The notes: generated by a model from the letters alone, not told the origin. A DNA stretch of 55,345 nucleotides from a bacterium (GCA_021777675.1 JAJYDG010000002.1:1-55345); one strand, 5' to 3'. Shown: positions 30,467 to 38,902, counted from the first letter of the stretch. Numbers and translations: made by a program.

Positions 30467-31645
30467 TTATCCGCCAAACCCGCGAAGACCTCCGATTCCA
30501 CCACCCCTGCTACTCGTCGTGGTTGTGGTTGATTTGGTGCCAGAACCAATTGTTTGCGTGACAACTTTATCTCCGGCAGAAACTCCGCCAACAATTACCG
30601 TTTCAGTATTATTGGCATCGCCGATTTCAACTTTCCTTTGTTCAGGAGTATCTCCGTTTAGCAATTCAACGAAATTATTATTTCCCTGCGATTTAATTGC
30701 GCTATTCGGCACAGTAATCACATCATTTTCCACCTTAGTAATAATAGACGCTGAAACACTCATTTCCGGTCTAATTCTCGGATCGAGCGTATCAAAATCA
30801 ATCGTTACATTATATGTAACAACACCAGAGCTAAGCGTTCCGAGCGAATCCATTTTTTCCACCTTTCCGGAAATATTCAAACCATCGATTGCATTAAATT
30901 TTAACATAACTTTTTGTCCGACAGAAACATTAGGAATATCAATCTCATTTACTTGCACTTGCGCTTTAAGCGTACTCAAATCTCCGATAATAATCGGGGC
31001 AAAAGAATTGCTATTTGAAGAAAGTCGGCTCAAATCATCTCCGTTTTTAACATTAACGGCATTAACTGTTCCGTCAATCGGAGCCACTACAGTTCTTTTA
31101 GCCGCATTAGCCATTTGGTTATTATAACTTGATAAAGATGCATCGTAACTTTTCTGCGCAGCAACTAGCCCTTCTTCGGCAATATTGATTTTTTTATCTA
31201 AAATTCTTTTTTCATCGGCCGTATTGGAACTGTCTTTTTTTCCTTTGCGATAATCCGCCTTGGCTTGACTTACATTTAGTATTGCTGAATCAACTGCATT
31301 TTGGGCCTGCTGAAGAGAAGCAACTGCTTGTGCGCTACTTACAGAGAGATCATCATTGACAATTGTAAATAATGTTTGCCCTTTCTTAACTTTATCGCCA
31401 ACATTAACAGCCAAGTTCGCCACTGTTCCGGTAATCGTCGGGTCGACAGTTGAACTTTGGTCCACAATCACATTCCCTGATCCGGAAATAGAATTCGTAA
31501 AAGTGCTTTTTTCCGCTGTTATCGTTTTGTATTGCACAACCGTATTTTTTGAATTGCTTTTAGCATACCAATAATATGCCCCGCTCAAAAGCAAAATAAT
31601 CACTACTGCACCATAAATCTTTCTTGGCCTTGTCATCTTTTTCAT
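30467..31645 (-). CDS. MacA-like periplasmic adaptor (membrane fusion protein)
   Basis: TM anchor, V.VGDKVKKGQ, coiled coil, APIDGTV, VNEIDI..V..GQ. Confidence 0.92.
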   Translation of the reverse strand: MKKMTRPRKIYGAVVIILLLSGAYYWYAKSNSKNTVVQYKTITAEKSTFTNSISGSGNVIVDQSSTVDPTITGTVANLAVNVGDKVKKGQTLFTIVNDDLSVSSAQAVASLQQAQNAVDSAILNVSQAKADYRKGKKDSSNTADEKRILDKKINIAEEGLVAAQKSYDASLSSYNNQMANAAKRTVVAPIDGTVNAVNVKNGDDLSRLSSNSNSFAPIIIGDLSTLKAQVQVNEIDIPNVSVGQKVMLKFNAIDGLNISGKVEKMDSLGTLSSGVVTYNVTIDFDTLDPRIRPEMSVSASIITKVENDVITVPNSAIKSQGNNNFVELLNGDTPEQRKVEIGDANNTETVIVGGVSAGDKVVTQTIGSGTKSTTTTTSSRGGGIGGLRGFGG

Positions 31646-31656
31646 AAAATTAAAAA

Positions 31657-32184
31657 TTATTTTCCATTATTAGCATTATTAAAAACGCGAATCAAATCGG
31701 CACTCACCACGCCTTGATTGTTAGGAGTGCCCATAACCACAATATGATCACCAGCTTTAATATCGGAAGCATTCAAATTATCAGCATTGCGCTTAATAAT
31801 TGTTTTATCATTTACCGCTACGGTATTTTCTTTTTCTTCGCGATCTTTCACGATTATGTTATTACCGGAAACAGAAATTACCGTTCCAGCCAATCCATGA
31901 GCATTACGCAAATCGTCACCTTCCATTTGGCGAAAAAAACCGATCATCCCGCCTCCTCCATCAGCCGGAGGAGGAAAATTTCCACGATTGATATTGTGTC
32001 CGACAAAATTTCGCTCATAATTTTGCCCCCACTCATAAGAAAAGCGCGCTTTATGAAAACCAATCATTACCCCGCAAGAAAAACTCAACAAAATAACTAA
32101 AAAAATGCCGACGACACCAATGGCTATTCTGAATTTATTTGATTTAAAAGTTTCTTTCATATTCATATATTTGTTATATTCCAC
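31657..32184 (-). CDS. Membrane-anchored OB-fold (DUF5666-like) protein
   Basis: TM helix, NAHG..GTVISV...DIKAGDHIVVMG; in operon. Confidence 0.7.
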   Translation of the reverse strand: MEYNKYMNMKETFKSNKFRIAIGVVGIFLVILLSFSCGVMIGFHKARFSYEWGQNYERNFVGHNINRGNFPPPADGGGGMIGFFRQMEGDDLRNAHGLAGTVISVSGNNIIVKDREEKENTVAVNDKTIIKRNADNLNASDIKAGDHIVVMGTPNNQGVVSADLIRVFNNANNGK

Positions 32185-32584
32185 TATATTTATGAGTTGA
32201 ATTAATTTTATTGTTTAGAAAAATATTAACTGAAATAAGCATTGTAAAAATAGGCAAAAGAAATATTGCTACATAAATTGTCGGGAAGGTTTCCAGCAAA
32301 GAAAATATATAAATATTCCAATTTTTCAAAACAACCACCGCATCGGAAAAAATTAAAGAAGATACATTCCAAAATTCTGATTGCAAAAACAATTGCCCGA
32401 AATTCAATATCGCATATGTCAAAAATAATACCGATCCGCCCAAGCCAAAATAAGAAAAAATCAGCTGTCTTTTGGCTCTTCCGATCTTTTCTTTTTCGAT
32501 TCTTGCCAATAACAAAGACTCAAAACCAAAAGGCAAATCAAGCTCTTTAATATTTTCAAACATTTGTTTTAATCTTTCCTCCAT
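32174..32584 (-). CDS. Small two-TM protein, candidate anti-sigma factor
   Basis: Directly downstream of ECF sigma; short cytoplasmic helix (LPFGFESLLLARI) plus TMs. Confidence 0.6.
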   Translation of the reverse strand: MEERLKQMFENIKELDLPFGFESLLLARIEKEKIGRAKRQLIFSYFGLGGSVLFLTYAILNFGQLFLQSEFWNVSSLIFSDAVVVLKNWNIYIFSLLETFPTIYVAIFLLPIFTMLISVNIFLNNKINSTHKYSGI

Positions 32585-32607
32585 ATGTTTTGCATCACAA
32601 TAAGACT

Positions 32608-32671
32608 TGCGCGTTTAGCGCTCGCTTTCGTGAAAAATGAAAAAGCACGAAAGGAACAGTCTAAACGCGCA
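32608..32671. repeat. GC-rich interrupted inverted repeat (stem-loop element)
   Basis: TGCGCGTTTAG/CTAAACGCGCA 11-bp outer stem and CTTTCGTG/CACGAAAG 8-bp inner stem. Confidence 0.75.
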
Positions 32672-32684
32672 CGCCTTACACTTA

Positions 32685-32712
32685 ATACGATTAAGAATCA
32701 TTTATGGGTGCA
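32685..32712 (-). promoter_or_regulatory. Putative ECF-sigma promoter overlapping the sigma gene 3' end
   Basis: Minus strand TGCACC-N17-CGTA(T), resembling the SigW-type TGAAAC-N16-CGTA layout. Confidence 0.55.
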
Positions 32713-33268
32713 AATCTTTATCAAAACTTTTTTTCAAAGCGTCCAATGCGCGCCTGTGCCGGCTTTTTACGGTGTTATAGGTTAAATTTAAAATTTCAGC
32801 AATTTCATTCAAGGAAAAATCATCGCTATACCGCATAAACAAAATCAACCGATATTTTTCATCAAGCAATTTCAATTTTTCCTCCAACTCTCCGCTCAAT
32901 TCCATCCGCATCAAGACTTCATCAGGTAAAATTTTATCCTCCGCAATATTTTCCAGTTTATTCGAACCGTCTTCATTTTCAAAAAGAGCAAAGGACAAAG
33001 TTTTTTTCTTTTTCCAATAGTCATAAACCGTATTTTTGGCAATCGCAAATAACCATACCTTAAAATCTTTTTCCAAGTCAAAGCGCCTGATATTTTTCCA
33101 AGCCTTAAGAAAAGTTATCTGAGTTAAATCATCAACAGCACTTAAGTCATTTGTTAAATGATAAATAAAATTATAAACCGGCTTTAAGTATTTTTTCACC
33201 AAAACTTCAAAAGACAAATCATCTCCGATTAAAAATTTTTCAATTAATTGTCTGTCTGCTTGCGCCAT
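32702..33268 (-). CDS. ECF RNA polymerase sigma-70 factor
   Basis: Region 2 DDLTQITFLKAW...FKVWLFAIAKN; region 4 SLNEIAEILNL..NTVKSR..RA. Confidence 0.95.
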   Translation of the reverse strand: MAQADRQLIEKFLIGDDLSFEVLVKKYLKPVYNFIYHLTNDLSAVDDLTQITFLKAWKNIRRFDLEKDFKVWLFAIAKNTVYDYWKKKKTLSFALFENEDGSNKLENIAEDKILPDEVLMRMELSGELEEKLKLLDEKYRLILFMRYSDDFSLNEIAEILNLTYNTVKSRHRRALDALKKSFDKDLHP

Positions 33269-33344
33269 AAATTAAGTTATCTTTCGGTTTTTCATTATTT
33301 CAATCTTTGTGCCTCATGCCTCATTATAACATAGAATTAAAAAA

Positions 33345-33378
33345 GGCGTTTTGGTTTTTCGCGAAAAACCAAAACGCC
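33345..33378 (-). terminator. Perfect 34-bp palindrome, terminator of the upstream gene
   Basis: GGCGTTTTGGTTTTTCG|CGAAAAACCAAAACGCC with a T-run on the minus strand. Confidence 0.85.
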
Positions 33379-33399
33379 CTAATCGTTATTCATAAAACA

Positions 33400-34251
33400 T
33401 TATTTATAAATACTTTTTATAAATAATGTTTCCTCCTCAGTTATGTTGTCGCTAAATGCCTTTTTAATAGCGACAAAAACAGCGTTTATCCAGACATTTG
33501 TCCGAATAAACTCTTCTTCATCCTTTGATGCCGGCTTTCCAAAAATTTTTGCCAGCTTGGGATTGTATTTTTTCGGATTAGGCATAAAATATCCGAAGTC
33601 GTCTTTTTTCTTCTCCATCACGGCGCAAATTTTTTGCGCCTCGGCATTGACAATCTTTCGATAAAGCTGACCTCCCAAAGCCATTGTCAGATCATTTTGA
33701 AAAATCTGCGCGTCTTTTTCCATCAAGTCGTAATACTCCGCGCACAGTTTTTCATCACCGCAATTAATGATAGACTCCAGCGCATTATACCCCTCATGCG
33801 CCAGTGCCAGCGCCTTATTTTTTTTGCCAAATTTTATGCGAGAATTCAAGAGCAAAACTCGCTCTTTCGGAGAAAATTCAAGCACCAGTTTTGAACGATA
33901 AAAATCTTTCCAATCCTCATTCAAAGTAACATCGCTTGCAAGAATTGGAACAATAATCAAATTCTCATCCTTGTTCATATTTTTTGAGAAAGTTTCCACT
34001 CCGCAAGATCGTGGAGCGCCAACAATCACCTTATTCTTGAAAAACTCCCTAATTTCCTGCAACTTGACATTATCAATTCTGCCAAGCTCTTCATTGAAAT
34101 TGTCAAGCCATTCATCAACAATCTCAATTCTTTTTTCAAACAGGTTGTCATCGCCATTATTAGCAAACGCTTTTGGCGTAAAAAAAATTTGAGAAAAAAG
34201 ACATACCATTGCCAATAAAAAAAACACTGAAAACACTCCGCTTTTTTTCAT
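33400..34251 (-). CDS. Secreted hypothetical protein
   Basis: Signal peptide ending AFA; AGGAG SD; own promoter and terminator. Confidence 0.85.
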   Translation of the reverse strand: MKKSGVFSVFFLLAMVCLFSQIFFTPKAFANNGDDNLFEKRIEIVDEWLDNFNEELGRIDNVKLQEIREFFKNKVIVGAPRSCGVETFSKNMNKDENLIIVPILASDVTLNEDWKDFYRSKLVLEFSPKERVLLLNSRIKFGKKNKALALAHEGYNALESIINCGDEKLCAEYYDLMEKDAQIFQNDLTMALGGQLYRKIVNAEAQKICAVMEKKKDDFGYFMPNPKKYNPKLAKIFGKPASKDEEEFIRTNVWINAVFVAIKKAFSDNITEEETLFIKSIYK

Positions 34252-34338
34252 AAAAAATCTCCTTTTTGGAAAAATTTCACTATTGCCAAAAAATCACCAA
34301 TCGATTATCTGGCTTTTTTTAATGAACTGCGAGTTGAA

Positions 34339-34367
34339 ATTGTAAATTATTTCAGAAGAAGTGTCAA
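34339..34367 (-). promoter_or_regulatory. Sigma70-type promoter
   Basis: TTGACA-N17-TACAAT. Confidence 0.8.
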
Positions 34368-34394
34368 ACTTACTATCCAAAATAAAATTGAAGG

Positions 34395-34423
34395 TTGACT
34401 AATTCCTGATTATCCCCTATACT
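34395..34423 (+). promoter_or_regulatory. Sigma70-type promoter of the rpsF operon
   Basis: TTGACT-N17-TATACT. Confidence 0.75.
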
Positions 34424-34558
34424 AATAAAACAAATTTAGAAAAGCCCCAAAGTTCTCTCGCCTGACGATTTTCGCCGGGATAAGATTACAAAATTCCGCA
34501 CAGGGGCAGTTCTGAGGCGGTTTTTGGTTTATTAATTATTTTATTTTAATCATACATT

Positions 34559-35080
34559 ATGCGTTACGAACTGTTTTATCTTATTGGAGTTTCCAAGGAA
34601 CTGGAGCTTGCCAAAATCAAGCAAGAAGTGGACGAAATAATTACTGAACATTCTGGTGTTTTTGAAGAGAAAATAACCGAAGAAAAAAGAAAAATGGCCT
34701 ATAAAATCAAAAAGGATACACATGGCATTTATATCGCCAAAAGATTTTCCCTGAAAAATACCGCCCATATCAATGAAATAATTAAAAAATTAAATCTCTA
34801 TCCGGGAATTTTAAGATTTATCATAAGTGATGCATCAACTTTGCCTGAACTGAAAACAAAAGAAGAGCGCATCGAGCAAGAAGAAAAAAGAAATGCTTCA
34901 GAAGCAATGCAAAAAGAAAAACAAGAATTGATTGAAAAAGAAAAGATTGCCCAAAAAGACCGCATGGTTCCAGCCAAAAAAGAGTCTTCCAAGAAAAAAG
35001 ATACCAAAGAAGAAATAGAAGAAAAAAAAGAAACTGCACAAGATTTGGATAAAAAGCTAGAAGAAATATTAAATATTTAA
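34559..35080 (+). CDS. rpsF: 30S ribosomal protein S6 with charged C-terminal extension
   Basis: MRYELFY...KRKMAYKIKK...G.Y...ILRF; rpsF-ssb-rpsR synteny. Confidence 0.93.
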   Translation: MRYELFYLIGVSKELELAKIKQEVDEIITEHSGVFEEKITEEKRKMAYKIKKDTHGIYIAKRFSLKNTAHINEIIKKLNLYPGILRFIISDASTLPELKTKEERIEQEEKRNASEAMQKEKQELIEKEKIAQKDRMVPAKKESSKKKDTKEEIEEKKETAQDLDKKLEEILNI

Positions 35081-35151
35081 TTAACCAATTTTTTAATTAA
35101 ATACTTGGAGCTGATAAATTTTCAGCGATAAGCAATTTAAAATAAAAAAAT

Positions 35152-35640
35152 ATGAATATAAATAAAGTAATCCTTGTTGGAAGATTAACGAGAGATCCTG
35201 AAGTACGCACAACAACAACCGGGCAAACTGTCACTTCAATTTCAATGGCTACTAATCGTTTCTGGAAAGACAAAAACGGGCAAAAACAAGACCAGACAGA
35301 ATTTCACAATGTTGTTTTGTGGGGAAAATTAGGCGAAATTGCCGGACAATATTTAGCCAAAGGACAAGAAGCCTACATTGAAGGACGTTTAGCCACAAGA
35401 AAATATACTGGAAAAGACGGCATTGAAAGAAGAACAACCGAAATTGTGGCGGAAAATATGCAACTCGGATCAAGAGCGGGACAAGGAAGCGGACAGGCGA
35501 CGGGAAATTATAGCAAACCGGAAAACTCTTCATCGGAAAACCAGACAAAAAACAAGCCTGCGACAATTGAAGAAACTATCCCCACTATTGATCTTGATGC
35601 GGATGAAGATGAGGTTCGCATTGAAGATGTTCCTTTTTAG
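35152..35640 (+). CDS. ssb: Single-stranded DNA-binding protein
   Basis: INKVILVGRLTRDPE, TEFH.VV.WG, C-terminal EDVPF. Confidence 0.98.
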   Translation: MNINKVILVGRLTRDPEVRTTTTGQTVTSISMATNRFWKDKNGQKQDQTEFHNVVLWGKLGEIAGQYLAKGQEAYIEGRLATRKYTGKDGIERRTTEIVAENMQLGSRAGQGSGQATGNYSKPENSSSENQTKNKPATIEETIPTIDLDADEDEVRIEDVPF

Positions 35641-35682
35641 TTTTTATTTAATTTTAATTATTTTTTATTTTATAAACACACT

Positions 35683-35910
35683 ATGCGCAACAATACTGAA
35701 TTAACAGAAAAAAAAGCTTGCTATTTCTGCCAAAACAGAATGGACAAGATTGATTTTAAGGATGCCTATTTTATCCGTCGTTTTATGAACTCTCAAGGTA
35801 AAATTTATCCGCCAAAACGCCATGGGACTTGCGCTAAGCATCAAAGACTGTTAACTAAGGCTATTAAAAAATCTCGTGTTATGGCACTTGTTCCTTTTGT
35901 AGCAAGATAA
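35683..35910 (+). CDS. rpsR: 30S ribosomal protein S18
   Basis: CYFC, IDFKD, GKI.P, CAKHQR....AIKKSR..AL.PF. Confidence 0.97.
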   Translation: MRNNTELTEKKACYFCQNRMDKIDFKDAYFIRRFMNSQGKIYPPKRHGTCAKHQRLLTKAIKKSRVMALVPFVAR

Positions 35911-35935
35911 AAAAATTAAACGAATTCAAAAAAAT

Positions 35936-36493
35936 ATGATTGGAATTTCCGATATTAAAACTGGAAAAAATATTATTCTGAATGGAATGCCTTTTTCCGT
36001 ACTCTACCATGAACACTCAAAAACCGGACGCGCCGGATCTGTTTTGCGGACACGATTAAAAAATCTTGCCACCGGAGCGGTTTTGGAAAAAACTTTTCAA
36101 GGAGCCGAAACTGTTGAGGAAGCGCAAATTATCAAATCCAAAGCGCAATATCTCTACAAAGAAAATGACGGATATTGTTTTATGGATAATGAATCTTATG
36201 AACAATTTACACTTTCCGCTGAAGCTCTTGGCACAAATATCGACTATCTCGTTGAAGGAACGGAAGTAATATTCCTTAATTTCAACGGTAGCGCCATCAA
36301 CATTGAACTTCCCATTAAAATGAAATTAAAAGTTGCTGACGCACCTCCGGGGATAAAAGGCAATACTGTTTCCACCGGAGGCAAAATGGTCACCCTGGAA
36401 ACCGGTAAAAAAATCTCCACTCCCCTTTTCGTGGAAGCTGGAGATGAAATCATCGTCAACACCGAAAAAGGCGAATATGTCAGTCGCGCATAA
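35936..36493 (+). CDS. efp: Elongation factor P
   Basis: KTGRAG loop, QYLY, FMD.ESYEQ, PGIKGNT, LETG, PLFV, GEYVSRA. Confidence 0.97.
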   Translation: MIGISDIKTGKNIILNGMPFSVLYHEHSKTGRAGSVLRTRLKNLATGAVLEKTFQGAETVEEAQIIKSKAQYLYKENDGYCFMDNESYEQFTLSAEALGTNIDYLVEGTEVIFLNFNGSAINIELPIKMKLKVADAPPGIKGNTVSTGGKMVTLETGKKISTPLFVEAGDEIIVNTEKGEYVSRA

Positions 36494-36578
36494 AATCAGA
36501 ATTATTATCAACAAAACTGCAATAAACTAAACATTTTCTTTTGTTTTGTTGTTTCCAAAAAAATGTTAAACTGAATTT

Positions 36579-37025
36579 ATGAGCGTACTAGCAATTAATA
36601 AAAGAGCTGGATTCGATTATTTCCTTCTCAATGAATATGAGGCCGGTTTGGTTTTAAGTGGCCAGGAGGTGAAATCAATTCGTTTAGGACAAGTAAGTCT
36701 GAAGGAAAGTTTTGTTACCCTAAAAGCTAACGAACTTTATCTCACTAATGCCTATATCGCTCCTTATAAGCAAGCAGGAAAAAATCAAATCGGAGATCCG
36801 ACCGGACCACGAAAATTACTTCTGAGAAAATCGGAAATACGCCAATTAATCGGAAAAGTGCGCACTGAGGGCTTGACATTAGTGCCTATTAAGATATATA
36901 CTAAAAAGCGATTATTGAAGCTCTCTTTCGCAATCGCCAAAGGCAAGAAAAAATTTGATAAACGAGAGAGTATAGCCAAAAAAGAAGCAATGAGAAATAT
37001 CCGCAGAGTTTTAAAAAACAATTAA
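36579..37025 (+). CDS. smpB: SsrA-binding protein
   Basis: NKRA.FDY, EAGLVL.GQEVKSIR, RKLLL, AKGKKKFDKRE. Confidence 0.98.
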   Translation: MSVLAINKRAGFDYFLLNEYEAGLVLSGQEVKSIRLGQVSLKESFVTLKANELYLTNAYIAPYKQAGKNQIGDPTGPRKLLLRKSEIRQLIGKVRTEGLTLVPIKIYTKKRLLKLSFAIAKGKKKFDKRESIAKKEAMRNIRRVLKNN

Positions 37026-37033
37026 TTGCGGAT

Positions 37034-37440
37034 GGGGATGTTTGGTTTCGACAGATTGTACATTTAGAATATGCAAGCCGAGGTTGATCATAACTCGTAA
37101 AACATGATCAAAATTATAAGTGCAAACTTATTTACAAAAGCAAAAACTGCAATCGCTAACGCTTTTACAGTCAACTTTGCTACCGCTCTTGCCTAATTAC
37201 CCTAAAAAGGTTTAGCATCAGCCATTAAATCCATTTTGCGCCTGACAAATGGATTTGGTGCCAAATTATCAGCGCTAGTTTCAAATGTTTTTCTTGAGCA
37301 TTTAAAACGAAAAACTTTCAAGATTAGATTAAAAAGATTTTGTTTATCTTTCACTTTTTAATCGAATTAAAGATAAACTAAGCTTGTAGTATATTTTGGG
37401 TGAATAATTTTGGACGCGAGTTCAACTCTCGCCATCTCCA
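37034..37440 (+). ncRNA. ssrA: tmRNA
   Basis: 5' GGGGATG..TGGTTTCGAC; 3' GACGCGAGTTCAACTCTCGCCATCTCCA; tag frame 37122-37196 (ANLFTKAKTAIANAFTVNFATALA*); adjacent to smpB. Confidence 0.96.
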
Positions 37441-37469
37441 CAGCCGATATAATTATTAAATTAAAAGTT

Positions 37470-38018
37470 ATCAGAAGAACTCCCTACCGAAAACCGGTTA
37501 TTAAAAAAGGACCATTAACCAGAATCAACGATCAAATAAGAGCGTTGCAGGTTCGTGTTATTCGCGATACGGATGGCGCGCAACTCGGCGTAATGGATAC
37601 GAGTGTAGCGTTGGAATTGGCACGAGAAGAAATGCTTGATCTGGTTGAAATCGCTCCCAATGCTATTCCTCCCGTTTGCAAAATAATGGATTTTGGAAAA
37701 TTTCAATATCAAAAATCGCGTCTGGAAAGAGCCAATAAATCCAAACAAAAAAAATCGGAAATAAAAGGCATCCGCTTGGGCGTGCGAACTGATGAGCATG
37801 ATTTGACCTTCAAAAAAAACCAAGCGGAAAAATTTTTACAAAAAGGCAACAAAGTCAAAATAGAACTTGCTATGCGCGGAAGAGAGAAAGCGCACCAAGA
37901 TCTCGCCAGAAAAAATTTAGTCGACTTTGTCCAATCAATTTCTTTCCCCCACAAAGTTGAACAAGAAATTAAACGCTATCCGGGCGGTTTCAATATTATT
38001 ATCGCCCCGGAAGAATAA
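37470..38018 (+). CDS. infC: Translation initiation factor IF-3, non-AUG start (ATC 37470 or ATT 37452/37455)
   Basis: RINDQIRA..VRVI, LDLVEIAP...PPVCKIMDFGKF, GNKVK....RGRE; the ORF-track start at 37410 lies inside tmRNA. Confidence 0.93.
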   Translation: MRRTPYRKPVIKKGPLTRINDQIRALQVRVIRDTDGAQLGVMDTSVALELAREEMLDLVEIAPNAIPPVCKIMDFGKFQYQKSRLERANKSKQKKSEIKGIRLGVRTDEHDLTFKKNQAEKFLQKGNKVKIELAMRGREKAHQDLARKNLVDFVQSISFPHKVEQEIKRYPGGFNIIIAPEE

Positions 38019-38057
38019 TTTTTTTATAATTTAATTAGTTAGTATTTTTTTAAAATT

Positions 38058-38258
38058 ATGCCAAAACTTAAAACGAAAAAAGCGCTGTCAAAAAAAATCA
38101 AGATCACTAAAAACAAAAAAGTGTTGCGCCGATCAACCGGACAAAATCACTATAATTCAAAAGAAAACGGAAAAGTGGGAAGGGCCAAAAAAGGTGACAA
38201 ACGCCTTTTTCGCGCCGATGAAAAAAATGTTTTAAATGCAATGCATTCAAAAGTTTAA
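38058..38258 (+). CDS. rpmI: 50S ribosomal protein L35
   Basis: MPKLKTKKA..K.IKIT; infC-rpmI-rplT synteny. Confidence 0.95.
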   Translation: MPKLKTKKALSKKIKITKNKKVLRRSTGQNHYNSKENGKVGRAKKGDKRLFRADEKNVLNAMHSKV

Positions 38259-38282
38259 TTTGTTGAATTTTATTAAAATCAT

Positions 38283-38627
38283 ATGACCAGAGTAAAACGC
38301 GGATTGTCCGCATCCAAAAGAAGAAAAAATTTATTGGAAGATGCGAAAGGTTTCAGGTGGCGCAGAAGCACAAATTTTCGTGCAGCCAAAGAGGCTGTTA
38401 TCAAAGCCGGGTCCTATGCTTTTCGTGACAGACGCGCCAAAAAACGCGTAATGCGAAAATTATGGATCACTCGTCTCAACATCGCCCTTCGTGAATTTGG
38501 ACTGAAATACAGCCAATTCATAAAAACAATGGCTACGAAAAAAATTGAGCTTGATCGCAAGGCACTTTCTCAACTTGCAATGACTGAACCGAAGATTTTT
38601 GCCAAATTCATTGAAAAAGTGAAATAA
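38283..38627 (+). CDS. rplT: 50S ribosomal protein L20
   Basis: MTRVKRG, AKGF, YAFRDRR.KKR..RKLWITR.N, LDRK.L. Confidence 0.98.
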   Translation: MTRVKRGLSASKRRKNLLEDAKGFRWRRSTNFRAAKEAVIKAGSYAFRDRRAKKRVMRKLWITRLNIALREFGLKYSQFIKTMATKKIELDRKALSQLAMTEPKIFAKFIEKVK

Positions 38628-38650
38628 AACTCGAAGCTAAAAGACAAGAC

Positions 38651-38683
38651 AAAAAGAACAATCGCACCGATTGTTCTTTTTTT
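38651..38683. terminator. Bidirectional terminator between convergent genes
   Basis: AAAAAGAACAATCG-cac-CGATTGTTCTTTTT. Confidence 0.9.
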
Positions 38684-38687
38684 AAAA

Positions 38688-38885
38688 TCATTTTTTCAAA
38701 ATAACTTCGCGAATCAACCTGCGTAAAGCATAAAAAGGCAACCAAAGCCACAAAGTTTTTTTAGTCCATTTATTTAGAAAAGCATTTTTATCGGTTGTGG
38801 CGCCAAAATCAAGAAAAACATAAATAATAAAGATTATTAAGGAAAAAGAAACTATAATACCGGCATAAAAATCTATTTGATTCAT
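38688..38885 (-). CDS. Small membrane protein
   Basis: 65 aa, ATG start, TM helix plus LWLWLPFY; follows the HAD gene. Confidence 0.7.
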   Translation of the reverse strand: MNQIDFYAGIIVSFSLIIFIIYVFLDFGATTDKNAFLNKWTKKTLWLWLPFYALRRLIREVILKK

Positions 38886-38902
38886 ACTTTTAAAATTATT
38901 GA

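Noticed and set aside
30381..31127. 248-aa plus-strand ORF
   Set aside because: Antisense shadow of the MacA-like gene; no motifs, no start context
32585..32785. 66-aa plus-strand ORF
   Set aside because: Antisense across the hairpin element and sigma gene end; no coding features
33345..33378. AAACCAAAAC shared between this palindrome and the attenuator at 9248-9317
   Set aside because: Short low-complexity match; palindrome is explained as a terminator
37410..37469. N-terminal extension of IF-3 from TTG 37410
   Set aside because: Start lies inside the tmRNA T-arm/acceptor; a downstream non-AUG start is more plausible
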